The notes under the pieces were generated by a model. It made no database searches, had not been told where the DNA came from, and saw only the letters and a list, made by a program, of their open reading frames with translations. The translations under genes were made by a program, and so were the position numbers. Below are positions 27,901 through 37,283 of a stretch of DNA of 64,000 nt, in pieces (position 1 is the first letter of the stretch; the number at the start of each line of letters is the position of its first letter). Source of the DNA: Deltaproteobacteria bacterium (GTDB lineage: Bacteria; Myxococcota; SpSt-1050; JACRCP01); NCBI GenBank assembly GCA_016218965.1, contig JACRCP010000248.1, positions 10,517 to 74,516 on the forward strand, in the 5' to 3' direction.

Positions 27901-30900
27901 CGCCGAGCGCCAGCACAAAGACACGCTCCGGGTCGTACTCGATGGTGTACGAGACGCGGCTCCGGTGTCCCGCCGGGTCCTCGGCGGTGACCTCCACGAG
28001 GTTTTTGCCGGGGGCAAGTTTGACGGTCGCGTAAAATGAGCCGTCCTCGCGCACCGGGACTGCCTGGGAGCCCACGATCACCGTGTTCCCGGGCGTCGTG
28101 CCGCCGCGGAAGGTCAAAAACTCATGGCGCGCGACGTAACCGGGCGGCGGGAGTTCGACCCACGTGGCAAGCGAGCGGTCCTCGGAAGGCTGCGGGCTGT
28201 AGGCTGGAGGCTGGAGTCCGGCATCAGGAGTGGGGAGTCCGGCATTGAAGGATGAATCGGGCAACGCGCCGCCGTCGCGAGTCGTGAGTCGTTGGTCGTG
28301 AGTCGGCGTGCCGGCGTCGTCGGTCGTGAGTCGAGAGCCGTACTCCGCCCAGTCGGTCTCGTGCGGCGCGGCGCCCGCGTCGGGGCCGGGTTCCGTCCGG
28401 CCGGGCACCTTTTCGGACGTCCGGTCAACGCGCGCCGCGGCGAACTTTTTCAGCCGGCAGTCGACGCCGAAATTGACCTTGGCCGGGAGTCCCGGCGTGA
28501 AGTTCAGACCCTTGACCACTTCGCCGGTCGGAAGCGACCCGGGCGGCAGCGTGGCCACGTCCAGCTTGACCAGATGATAGCCGGCCGGGATTCCCTTGAA
28601 GTGGTACTTGCCGGTTTCGTCCACGTCCGAGTACCAGCCCGTGTCCATGAACACGCGCGCCCCGCCCAGACCGTCTTCGCCGGGGTCCTGCGCGCCGTTT
28701 CCGTTGGAGTCGCAGAAGACCTTCCCGATGAGCAGCCCCTGGTCGAATATCGGGTCCTCGACCACTCGGACGGGCGCCGAGGCGTCAACGTCCACCGCGC
28801 GCCCTTCGATGTAGAGCCGCGCCCGGTTGTTGAGCACCCCGGTTTTCGCCTCGAGCCCGACCACGGCCTCGTAGCGCAGGCGGACGGTCTCGGAAGCGCC
28901 AATGGAAATCGCACCGAAAGAGATCTCGGCCGCCCCCGCCGCATCGACCGTCGTATCGGCCTTCTCTTTCCCGTTCACGGCGCGGTAGAGCCTGGCGCTG
29001 TTCTGGATGAATCTTAGGCCCGAAGGAAGGTAGTCGTGGATGCTCACTCCGCCCGTTCGGGCCGCGCCGCTTGGCCTGAAGGCCTTTGACGACAGGTTCT
29101 GCACTGTCACGGTGTACGTGAGGATGTCGCCCCGCGCGGCCTCCGGCTTGCTCACGTTTTTCTCAATCCTGAAGGCGCTCTCCGCCCGGTCGAGCGGGAT
29201 CCGGTTGTTTTTCAGCACAAACTCGTCCTTCCCCGAATCGACCCGCAGGTAGTACGGTGCGCCGCGGGAGCGCTCGGAGAAGTCGGTGCTGACGTAGCCG
29301 TCGGCCGCCGCCTTGGCGTAGCCTGCGATGGGAGGGTACGTGCCGGATGGGAATATCATCGACGGCGACGGCCCGGACACCTCGATCCGGTAGGCGCCCC
29401 CCGCCGGGAGCTCCGCCGCGTACATTCCGGTCCAGTCGGTCTTCTGCACGCGGAGTTCCTTGGGGACCTTCTGCGACGGAAGTGAGAGCCCCGATGCCCC
29501 GTCGGGGTAGTACACGACGGTGGCGTTCTCAATGGGCTCGCCGCTCCGGGCGTCATAGATGACGCCGGCGGGAACGATCGCCATGTCCGAGCGGTGGACG
29601 TCGCCCTCCTTGAGATCAATCCCTGCAATCCCGGCGAACGGGACGCCGTTTTGCGAATACACCGTGAGGCGGTAACGCCCGGGGGCGAGGTTGGCGACTT
29701 CGAACGACCCGGCGGCGTCGACGAGCACGCGCGCCGTACGTTTGCCGGGCGACGCGGGACCCGCGGGCCTGGGCGCGGCGCTGCGGCTTGACCCGGTTTC
29801 CTGGTCGACCGCCACCGTGTAACCCCGAAGCGGAATGTCTTTTCCCTCGCTGAATTGCGTCTCTTTCGTGTCGCGTTTTTGGAACACGCGGCCCTTGACC
29901 ATCGCGGTCCCCTCGGTCCCGCCGACGATGAGCGAGACCGTGTTGGTCGTCTGTTTGAACTTGGGCGAGTAGACCACGGCGGCGTTTTTGACCTGGTCGC
30001 CCCGGACTGCGTCCTTGTCCGCCGTGACGAGGAAACTCAGTTTGACGGCATCGGCGGGCGACGCCGCCCGGGGGATCGTGAGTTTCGTGACGACCAGCTT
30101 CCCGCGCGTGTACCGGCCCGACGGCGCGGGCAGGAAACTCAACACTGCGTCCTGTGGAACGGTGTAGTTCTTGGGGTCGTTTTTAAACGTCGTGTGGGCA
30201 GGGATGTCGTCTTCGAGGGTGACCGCCTCGAGGTCGCCCGACCCCTGGTTCAAGAGCGTCAGCGTGTAGAGGACCTGGTCGCCCGGCATCAGGCTCCCGC
30301 CGTTCAGATCGGCTGCGTCCTTGGCGGCGCTCAAGAATATCTGTTCTCCGCCGCAGGTGGGGACCACCGTTTCCTGCGCGCCGTTTCCTGCGTCGCCGTC
30401 CGCGTCGCTCAATACCGACACCCCGCCCCCGTATGTCAGCGTTGCCTGGTTTGCAAACCCGCCGCATTCCCCGACTGTGACGTCGAACGCGAAGCGGACC
30501 CTGCCGCCCGGCCCAAGGTCCGAAAGCAACAGCCGGACGCTTCCGCGCACGCCGTCCGCGGCGTCAAACCGGCCCTGGTCGCCGTCCGCCGCATCGGTGA
30601 GCGCGACCATCGCGCCGCCGTCGCGCTGGACCATCATGGACCCCGGCACGTACGAAACCCTGTCGGACAACGGGTCGCGGAGCGCGACGTCGCCGGCGGC
30701 GGCGGCGCCCGCGTTCTCGAACGAGAGGACGAACTCGACCACGTCGCCCTTGTCGGCGACACCGTTGGCGTTGGCGTCGGTTTTCAAAAACCACGTCTTG
30801 GCGAGCGCGGGAATGAACGGCACGTCCCCGACCGGCACGACGGTTTCGTTGGTCCAGACCGGCTGGCCCCCGTCCCGGTCGATCCGCGCCTTGTTCTTGA

Positions 30901-33900
30901 CGACCTGTGCGCCGGGGAGGACCGTGACCTCGAACGTCACCACGGCAAGCTCGTCGTCCGACCCCCTGCCGTCCCACGGCACTATCCTGCCCTCGTCGGC
31001 CCCGGGCATTGCGCCAAAAGACGCCGACGTCACCTTGAGGCCGGCCTCCAGAGGGAACTTCCCGCCCCGCGAATCGGCGATTGGTCTCCCGTTGAGCGTC
31101 GTCGATCCCGCCACGTACCGGGAGGTCTGCGGGTCGATCAGATCGGTCAGAGTCGTCCCGGTGGCATCCGTCCTTCCGACGTTTTTGACCGTGATCGAAT
31201 ACCGTATCCTGTCGCCGGACCTAAGCGGGCTCCTCGACGGCGCTGCGGCCTTGGCGGATGCCGACAGGTCCGGCGACGCGGCCGATCGGACGACGAGCGT
31301 TGTCGCGTCGGACTTGGCCGGCGTCCGCGGGTCGTCCGTCACGTCCTTCACGCCTTCCGACGACTCGACGGCTGCCTGGTTCGAGATCTTCGTCCCCGGG
31401 GCCGCGGAGGCCGCGACCGAACAGGCAAACGACAATGCCGTCTTCCCGCCCGAAGGGATGAGCTTGAGCGCCGGTGTCTGCGCCGGCCCCCAGGAAATCC
31501 TGGCGCCGTCGAACGCCCCGCCGCTTGCCGGGATGACCCCGGCAAGGTTCGTCGAATCGACGAGGTCCGTCACGGTGACGTCGTGCGCATCGATCGTCCC
31601 GGTGTTTTTCACCTCGATCTTGAATACGATCTGGTCGCCCGGCGATACCTCCTGGTCCGCGGGGATTGCGGCGCCGGTCGCGGTGTACGGCAGTTTGGTG
31701 CTCGACGAAAACACGGGCTTGTTGAGCACCGTGACGACCGTCGGCTGGTAGCCGTTCTTTGGGTCGCCGTCGGCATCCGAGTAGGCATCGACGAAGTTCG
31801 ACCCTTTTGCGACGGCCTGGTTCGCAATCTCGGTCCCGTCCGGTATTCCCGTCTTGAGCCGTGCATTGAACCTGTACGTGTACGTATTCGGAGGGGAAAG
31901 TCCGAGGGGCGGCAATGTCCACGAAAGGACGTGCCCCGCCGGGTCGTAGGTCCCTCCGTCAAGGGGCGTTGCCGCGTCGAGGAACCCCGCAATCGACGAG
32001 ATGTCATCGCGCAGCGTCCCGCCCTCGGCAATCGCGTCGCCGATGTTGGTGAGCGTGATTGTGTAGGATACCGTGCCGCCCGGCGGCGCCTGGGGGCGGT
32101 CGGCCTGTTTCGTCGCGTAGACAAAGGCGGTCGAGGCCACCTTGAACACCGTCGGGTCCGCAGCGGCCGGCGTCGCGGGGTCGTCGCTTGAAAACGGTGC
32201 GCCAAGGTTCGAGGCGGAGAGCACCGCCTGGTTAGAGACAACCGTCCCGTCCTTCAGGGGTTTTTTGACCTTTGCGCCAAACGTGTACGCGAACGCCCCC
32301 ACGCCGCCGTCGGCGCCCGCCGCAGGCAGGAAGCTCACCGTCCGCGTGGCAGGGTCGTAGGTCCCCGCCGAGACCTGCACGTCCTCGAGGTTCGAATCGA
32401 CCACGTCGGAGAGCTTCGCGCCGCAGAGCTTGACCTGGTCCTTTGGCGTGAACGCGACGGAGTATTCGACCCTGTCGCCGGGCCGGACCGGCGTCAACGC
32501 AAAAGACGCCCGTTTTTCAAAAGTGCCCCCCGCGCCCGCGCCGGAAACCGGCAGGACGATTTTCGGCGTGTTGAAGCCGTTCGGAACCTCCGCGGCCGAG
32601 ATGTGCGCCAGGTTCTCGACCTGGCCCGAGACGCACTGCCTCACAAGCGCCGCAAACGAGACCTTGGCCGCGTTCTGCGCGCCGACGCCGAGCGACGGGA
32701 TGGAGTAGCGCACCTTTTTGCCGTCGAACGTCCCGCCCGGGTATGTTTGGACCGTCAGCCTCGATGTGTCCACCGTGTCCTCGATGACCACCCCGGTCGC
32801 CTCGGCGTTGCCCGTGTTGACCGCCGTGATCTCGAATGTGACCGTATCGCCGGGTTTGAGCGACGCCGCGGGGGACCCTCCGACCGATGCGGTCTTCCTG
32901 CTCAGGATGAAATCCGGCGCCGACTCGACGGTCACTATCGTCGGGTCGGCCGGCGTAACGGTGTCGGGGTCGTCTGAGTTGGCGGGGTACTGGTTCTCGG
33001 CGCAGACGATGGACGCCTGGTTGCGAATCGTCGTGCCGTTCTTGATGGGCGTCCTGACGTCGGCCTCGAAACTCACGGTCCAAAACGCGCCAATCCCAAT
33101 CGACGGCACGGTCCACGTGATGACGCCGCCGGCGATCTGCCCCCCGTCCCGGACCGTGATGTTGACGAGGTTCTGCGTGTCCACGGCGTCGGTTATCGTG
33201 ACGTTTGTCGCCGCCACCGTCCCCGTGTTGGTGGCGGTCACCAGCCAGATCACCTTCGACCCGGCCTGGAACTTGTGCGTCCTGTTCGCAAACGACCCGT
33301 CCGGCGTGGCCACCTTGGTCGAGGCCGTGAACCCCGGCTGCTCTACTACCGCGAGGCGCACGGTGTTCGTCTTGAGGCTCGCCCCCCCGCCCGTGACGGT
33401 CGCGAAGTTCTCTACGAAAGACCCCGGTCTTGTCGGCGGCAGGACGCGGGCCGTGAACGTGAGGGCCACGGACCGCCCGAAATCCAGGCGCGGGACCGTC
33501 CAGTTGACGGCCCGGGTGATCGTATTGTAGGTCCCGGCCTGAACTGAAACGTCCGAGAGGCCGCGGTCCACGGTGTCGACGACCAGGAGGTCGTTTAGCC
33601 CGCCGGGGCTGGCGTTCACGACGGTCACCGTGAACGTGAGCAGATCGCCCGCCTTGACCACGCCGCCGGTGTCGCCCTGGACCGCCTTGGCGCTCCCGGA
33701 GAAATCGTAGGGGAACGTGACCGCAAGCGTGACCGGGTCGTCGGCCGCCGAAGTGGCCGGGTCGTCCGTCGGCACGCCCGTTATGACCTCTTTGGAATAG
33801 ACGAACGCCTGGTTGAAGATCTTCAGGCCGGAGTCAAGCGGCGTCTTTGCCCGCGCGGTAAACGCGACGGCCTTTTGCGCGGCCGGCGCCATGTCACCCA

Positions 33901-36427
33901 GGTTCCAGCGGATCGTCCGACCGGCCCTGTCGAACGTCCCGCCGTCTTCGGGAACCACGTTTTCGAACCTGGAGTCGACCTGGTCGAGCACGTACGCCGC
34001 CTCGGCCACCCTGTTGCCGGAATTGGCGACCGTCACGACGAATCGAACCGCCTCTCCCGGGGCGATGGTCCTGCGCCGGTCGTCCGCGCCGAAGATGGCG
34101 GCCTTTTTTGATGTCGAGAAATCGGGCGCGACGGTCACGAACAGTTCGGCGCTCACGGTCTTGGATACCGAGCTGTCGGCGGGTGTGGTTATCACCGCTG
34201 TGTTCTTGATTTCGGTAGTGCCGGAGGGGAGTTGATTGACGATTCTCACCCTGTACTTGATCTCGGCGACCGCCCCGTGGCCGGCCAGGTCGAAGCCGTC
34301 GACAGTGAGCACGCCGCTCGTGAAATCCCATCGCGCACCCGGGGGGAGCGGACCGACGTCGAAGGTGTACTCGACGTACGGCGAAAAACGGTCGGTGACG
34401 ACGACGGGGACCGTGCGGTTTCCGGTGTTTCTTAGCGTGATGGAGTACTCGAGCGTGTCCCCGGGCGCGGGCGGGTTTGACGTCTTGTCGACAACCGCCT
34501 TGCTCGATGCCGAGAAATCCGGGGCGTATGTGAGCGTCACGACGGTCGGGTCAGCGCCCCCGGGCTTCGCGGGGTCGTCGGTGAGCATAGGCGACGCGAG
34601 CGCGGGGCCGGTGAGTGTCCCCTGGTTGCTCACCTGATAGCCGTGGATTTGCGTCCTCGAGCGCCACTGGTCGGCCGTGTCGATCTTGACGAGGAAGGTG
34701 AACGTCACGCTGAAGCGTTTCGGGACCGATATCCCCTCGATTGACACCTTGGATGCCGTGGACCGATCGGTCGAGCCGCCGGGCGGGTTGACCTTTGTGA
34801 CGGTGGTGTGCGCGGGCGCGTTGTCTTCGAATTTGAGCTCGTTGACGTCGTAGTCCGACTCGTTCTTCAGCGTGATCTCGTACTGGAGCGTGTCGCCCGG
34901 CTCGACAAAACCGCCGTTTAAGTCGGCGACCGTCTTCGTGATTGATTTTACCTCCGGGGCGCGGACGGTGGTCTTGACGGTATTGGTGTTGACCGGCTGG
35001 GTTTCATCCGACGAGATCCGGGCGCCGTTGGTGATCTCGGTGCCGCTTCGCCTGCCGGTCTTGATTCGGACCTGGAACTTGACCTTTTTTGCCGCCGTCC
35101 CGACCGCCAGATCGCCGATGTTGAGCCCCGACCCCACCGAGAGCGGGCACTGCCCTCCCCTTCCGTCGGCGGCCGGCACGTCGTCTACCGTCGTGCTCCC
35201 CGGGATGTAGTCGGTCCCGGCCGGGATGGTGTCGAAGACCTTCACGTTGTGGGCCAGAAGCGACCCCTCGTTCTTGACCCAGATCGTGTACGTGAGCGTC
35301 TCGCCGCCCCCGGCCACGACCTTGTCCACGTCCTTGACCGTCCCCGACCCGTGAAAGTCCGGGGCGTAGGTGTCGAGTGCGAGGACCATGTAACCAAGGA
35401 ATATGCTTTCGCCGCCCCCGGTGAGTGACAGCGGATCGCCGACATTGCCGTCACCGGAGCCGACTTGAATCGACGCGTTCGTCTGGCCGGACTGAAGGAT
35501 GTTCAACCCGCCGACTCCGACATTGAACGTGTCGATGTCCACTCCGACGCCGTCCACGGATTCGCCCTCGATCGTGCTGTTGAAAACGTTGTTCGGAGGA
35601 TTGGCGGTGTCGGTGAGTTTCACGCTGTTCAACGAGAGGAAATCATTGCACGTCTCGCAGTAGAGGGGATGATCTTTCGGAAGCTGTTTCTGGAAAGGTT
35701 CGCCCAACTGATCGTCCCCTTCGAGCCCGAAATACGCAAACTCCGCATAGGCGGGGTTTCCGACTGTGAATCCTCCTATGCTCATTGGCGACGAGATGCC
35801 GGTGCGGTCGTCTTCGTCCACGTGATAGAACCCGTCGTAGATCACAACGTCGCGGTACTTCCTCTGGCTCTCCGCACTCCAGACAACGACGAGCGACCAC
35901 CCGGCGTAACGGGCCTGGCACCAGACGTCCGTGTCGCACGAGGCCGAGATCCTCGCGTCAACGTTTCCCACCGTGTACAGACCCGACAACGTGGGAAGCC
36001 CCGTCAGCAGGTCAGTGACGCGTTTCCTGCAGTAGAAGAAGGAGCCTTTGTCCCCGGTGTCGACTTGGTAGCAGGTGTCCGCGACCAACGAGGCGTGTGT
36101 AGGCGAATTCGGCGGTGTGAAGTCGGCGGTCGGGCTCGAGTAGATGTTTTTCGACCCGGACCAGAACAGCCAGGCCTCAACGAGTTTGCCGTCGGCCGGG
36201 ATCGAGGTTATCGGGGCCGTTTTTTCCGGAAGCAGGACGCAGTTGAAACGCCCGGATTCGATCGGGCACCACTGGGTGAGAGTCGCCCCGGTCTTGGCCA
36301 CCGAGCCGAGGAGCCGGTTGACGGTATAGAGTGGGGCCGGCGGGTAGCCGTCGACCGTCGCGCGCGCCTCGGGGGAGGCGGCCAGCGCCAAGAGGAGGAA
36401 CAGGCATGAAACGAGGCGTCTTTTCAC
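24986..36427 (-). CDS. Giant secreted protein (~3810 aa): N-terminal unique domain, ~20 DUF11/CARDB-like 'conserved repeat' modules, SdrD-B/CnaB-like and Big domains, and a C-terminal ~900-aa region with beta-barrel character
   Basis: Signal peptide (LLLALAASPEARA). Repeated '...PDFS.SK......G..L.Y.I...N.G...A..V...D.L' modules. 'FCDSNGNGAQDPGE' is SdrD-B-like. The C-terminus has alternating hydrophobic strands and ends '...GFFVRLTGQY' (terminal aromatic). Confidence 0.8.
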   Translation of the reverse strand: MKRRLVSCLFLLLALAASPEARATVDGYPPAPLYTVNRLLGSVAKTGATLTQWCPIESGRFNCVLLPEKTAPITSIPADGKLVEAWLFWSGSKNIYSSPTADFTPPNSPTHASLVADTCYQVDTGDKGSFFYCRKRVTDLLTGLPTLSGLYTVGNVDARISASCDTDVWCQARYAGWSLVVVWSAESQRKYRDVVIYDGFYHVDEDDRTGISSPMSIGGFTVGNPAYAEFAYFGLEGDDQLGEPFQKQLPKDHPLYCETCNDFLSLNSVKLTDTANPPNNVFNSTIEGESVDGVGVDIDTFNVGVGGLNILQSGQTNASIQVGSGDGNVGDPLSLTGGGESIFLGYMVLALDTYAPDFHGSGTVKDVDKVVAGGGETLTYTIWVKNEGSLLAHNVKVFDTIPAGTDYIPGSTTVDDVPAADGRGGQCPLSVGSGLNIGDLAVGTAAKKVKFQVRIKTGRRSGTEITNGARISSDETQPVNTNTVKTTVRAPEVKSITKTVADLNGGFVEPGDTLQYEITLKNESDYDVNELKFEDNAPAHTTVTKVNPPGGSTDRSTASKVSIEGISVPKRFSVTFTFLVKIDTADQWRSRTQIHGYQVSNQGTLTGPALASPMLTDDPAKPGGADPTVVTLTYAPDFSASSKAVVDKTSNPPAPGDTLEYSITLRNTGNRTVPVVVTDRFSPYVEYTFDVGPLPPGARWDFTSGVLTVDGFDLAGHGAVAEIKYRVRIVNQLPSGTTEIKNTAVITTPADSSVSKTVSAELFVTVAPDFSTSKKAAIFGADDRRRTIAPGEAVRFVVTVANSGNRVAEAAYVLDQVDSRFENVVPEDGGTFDRAGRTIRWNLGDMAPAAQKAVAFTARAKTPLDSGLKIFNQAFVYSKEVITGVPTDDPATSAADDPVTLAVTFPYDFSGSAKAVQGDTGGVVKAGDLLTFTVTVVNASPGGLNDLLVVDTVDRGLSDVSVQAGTYNTITRAVNWTVPRLDFGRSVALTFTARVLPPTRPGSFVENFATVTGGGASLKTNTVRLAVVEQPGFTASTKVATPDGSFANRTHKFQAGSKVIWLVTATNTGTVAATNVTITDAVDTQNLVNITVRDGGQIAGGVITWTVPSIGIGAFWTVSFEADVRTPIKNGTTIRNQASIVCAENQYPANSDDPDTVTPADPTIVTVESAPDFILSRKTASVGGSPAASLKPGDTVTFEITAVNTGNAEATGVVIEDTVDTSRLTVQTYPGGTFDGKKVRYSIPSLGVGAQNAAKVSFAALVRQCVSGQVENLAHISAAEVPNGFNTPKIVLPVSGAGAGGTFEKRASFALTPVRPGDRVEYSVAFTPKDQVKLCGAKLSDVVDSNLEDVQVSAGTYDPATRTVSFLPAAGADGGVGAFAYTFGAKVKKPLKDGTVVSNQAVLSASNLGAPFSSDDPATPAAADPTVFKVASTAFVYATKQADRPQAPPGGTVSYTITLTNIGDAIAEGGTLRDDISSIAGFLDAATPLDGGTYDPAGHVLSWTLPPLGLSPPNTYTYRFNARLKTGIPDGTEIANQAVAKGSNFVDAYSDADGDPKNGYQPTVVTVLNKPVFSSSTKLPYTATGAAIPADQEVSPGDQIVFKIEVKNTGTIDAHDVTVTDLVDSTNLAGVIPASGGAFDGARISWGPAQTPALKLIPSGGKTALSFACSVAASAAPGTKISNQAAVESSEGVKDVTDDPRTPAKSDATTLVVRSAASPDLSASAKAAAPSRSPLRSGDRIRYSITVKNVGRTDATGTTLTDLIDPQTSRYVAGSTTLNGRPIADSRGGKFPLEAGLKVTSASFGAMPGADEGRIVPWDGRGSDDELAVVTFEVTVLPGAQVVKNKARIDRDGGQPVWTNETVVPVGDVPFIPALAKTWFLKTDANANGVADKGDVVEFVLSFENAGAAAAGDVALRDPLSDRVSYVPGSMMVQRDGGAMVALTDAADGDQGRFDAADGVRGSVRLLLSDLGPGGRVRFAFDVTVGECGGFANQATLTYGGGVSVLSDADGDAGNGAQETVVPTCGGEQIFLSAAKDAADLNGGSLMPGDQVLYTLTLLNQGSGDLEAVTLEDDIPAHTTFKNDPKNYTVPQDAVLSFLPAPSGRYTRGKLVVTKLTIPRAASPADAVKLSFLVTADKDAVRGDQVKNAAVVYSPKFKQTTNTVSLIVGGTEGTAMVKGRVFQKRDTKETQFSEGKDIPLRGYTVAVDQETGSSRSAAPRPAGPASPGKRTARVLVDAAGSFEVANLAPGRYRLTVYSQNGVPFAGIAGIDLKEGDVHRSDMAIVPAGVIYDARSGEPIENATVVYYPDGASGLSLPSQKVPKELRVQKTDWTGMYAAELPAGGAYRIEVSGPSPSMIFPSGTYPPIAGYAKAAADGYVSTDFSERSRGAPYYLRVDSGKDEFVLKNNRIPLDRAESAFRIEKNVSKPEAARGDILTYTVTVQNLSSKAFRPSGAARTGGVSIHDYLPSGLRFIQNSARLYRAVNGKEKADTTVDAAGAAEISFGAISIGASETVRLRYEAVVGLEAKTGVLNNRARLYIEGRAVDVDASAPVRVVEDPIFDQGLLIGKVFCDSNGNGAQDPGEDGLGGARVFMDTGWYSDVDETGKYHFKGIPAGYHLVKLDVATLPPGSLPTGEVVKGLNFTPGLPAKVNFGVDCRLKKFAAARVDRTSEKVPGRTEPGPDAGAAPHETDWAEYGSRLTTDDAGTPTHDQRLTTRDGGALPDSSFNAGLPTPDAGLQPPAYSPQPSEDRSLATWVELPPPGYVARHEFLTFRGGTTPGNTVIVGSQAVPVREDGSFYATVKLAPGKNLVEVTAEDPAGHRSRVSYTIEYDPERVFVLALGEGIAGMGGLDLDGVSTASSLRVWNGVNWPGMLFHGRGVLYVKGMAHRRATFENIEYTLHFDTAKQRELAHEYFKEAYNPERYYPVYGDSASEVQDVNARDKLYLLVKADDSRLLVGNFVSDLRGVELLRYNRAFYGVDADLNRAAFDGNLGNRVKGFVSQDYDEIAHDRLVLRPTGGSVLYLRNGAVIEGSDRVDLVVRDKDSGLDVLRRTLARDIDYSMGYGEGRIILKQPVSATADSFSPLLGPGRQLAGHPVFLEVDYDYSAILAGGNRAYGARVEETVFKMLRLGGGYVKEEAKGREAYSIWGADAVLSVGKTAALKAEFAQSRSFDSTVYFSDDGGLSFISSGGGILPQNGIGGSAWMFEAQGDVGEALGKDGRRLALKAYAQDMDPGFSAGTSVLQQGMLKYGFDSSKTLPGDMELRFKGDALSVSIPPQPLTESAGAREMSFDKYSAYGSWQKKLGPWKVLAEDNYIYFRDNIVAPEEVHTDIAGAGLSYALSRRWELFGAQQGVMGGDPKLYDSFADRMFSTVGARYTIREGLVVGASETARWSGDNATQLGLKVPLSDSGTGSAYVNEKLGSWNGQFVTSSVLGAEDQGIPGTRTYGEYQVDSVSSNAMNRSVFGLNNRWPIAKGTYFNLDFEHTQVLGGAAYISSTDTALGAIPLSSSPYTAYGRPNQAAFAGDSRSPLQGRQAGLKSDESALSAGALVPYYGLNYPLGMMEGDAARDVFAVGLEFLRYEFFKIGTRLELRFDNADEHWNGQDRFQYLATLGSTWRFTRDLSFLAKLSVSDTQNQRYERREAAFMEASFGFALRPVNFDWINLIFKYSRLYEFRNFDVTADDAAQEIYSDIFSLIPIVETPFRLQIVEKLALKHAVSQSYAQPWTAVNMVLWINRLNFHLWKERIDLGAEYRVLVLLDLEKKDGYLAEVAIIPAKNIRFGVGYNFSSFSDNLYESLNHDASGFFVRLTGQY
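28186..28345. repeat. ~160 nt in 7-nt register inside the giant ORF: (GGCTNNA)x4, spacer, then (GAGTCGT)x7 (revcomp TCACGAC); copy 1 of a composite element also present at 52941-53012
   Basis: Read directly: 'ggctgta ggctgga ggctgga gtccggc atcagga ... gagtcgt gagtcgt tggtcgt gagtcgg ... cggtcgt gagtcga'. On the minus strand it encodes a low-complexity linker (..THDQRLTTRDGGALPDSSFNAGLPTPDAGLQPP..). Confidence 0.55.
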
Positions 36428-36488
36428 CCGGCAACACGTCCCCGCATATTATTTCACAAAACCCCCAACCGTTGTATTATACACCATC

Positions 36489-37283
36489 ATGGTAGGCCAT
36501 CTCAGGTATTACTACAGACAGCGCCATCTGCTCAAGGTGTTCGTGGTAAACGACCTCCGGAGCCGGTTCTCGGGCTCCGCCATGGGCATCTACTGGTCGG
36601 TCTTAAATCCCCTCCTGCTCATCCTGATCTACACGTTCGTCTTCTCCGAGATCCTGAAGGTCGAGTTCCACAAGGACACGGGCAACGTGAACTTTGCACT
36701 GTATCTTGTGTGCGGACTCCTCCCGTGGCTCGCGGTGCAGGACTCGATCCAGCGCTCCACGCCCTCGATTGTCGACAACGCGAACCTCATCAAGAAACCT
36801 GGGTTCCCGGCGAGCCTCCTCCCGATTCACATCGTTATCTCGAACCTTGTCACCGAGGCGATCGGGCTGGTCGCCCTCATTGTGCTCGTCGGGGTCACCG
36901 GCGAGGGCGTGGGGCTCAAGACCCTTGCCCTGCCCGTGATATTCATTCCGCAGATCCTTCTCACGTTCGGGGCCTGCTGGGCGCTCGCGAGTCTCCAGGT
37001 GCTCTTCCGGGACATCGCGCCGCTTTTGAGCTCGTTTATGATGCTCTGGATGTTCCTGACGCCCATATTCTACCCAAGCGCAATCTTCCCGCGGCACCTC
37101 GGTTTCCTGATGGTCGTCAACCCCATGGCGCACCTCGTGGACATCTACCGCGAGCTCATCATGAAGGACGCATGGCCCGCGGCCGGGTCGGTGGTCACGC
37201 TGTTTGTGCTTTCGGCAGCCGTGTTCCTGGCCGGCTACGCCATCTACGTCCGCCTGCAACCCAAGTTTTCGGACCTCGTCTGA
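36489..37283 (+). CDS. wzm: ABC-2 type polysaccharide/O-antigen export permease (Wzm/TagG/KpsM family)
   Basis: 264 aa with 6 TM helices and an ABC-2 signature; ATGA-coupled to the downstream ATPase. Confidence 0.85.
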   Translation: MVGHLRYYYRQRHLLKVFVVNDLRSRFSGSAMGIYWSVLNPLLLILIYTFVFSEILKVEFHKDTGNVNFALYLVCGLLPWLAVQDSIQRSTPSIVDNANLIKKPGFPASLLPIHIVISNLVTEAIGLVALIVLVGVTGEGVGLKTLALPVIFIPQILLTFGACWALASLQVLFRDIAPLLSSFMMLWMFLTPIFYPSAIFPRHLGFLMVVNPMAHLVDIYRELIMKDAWPAAGSVVTLFVLSAAVFLAGYAIYVRLQPKFSDLV

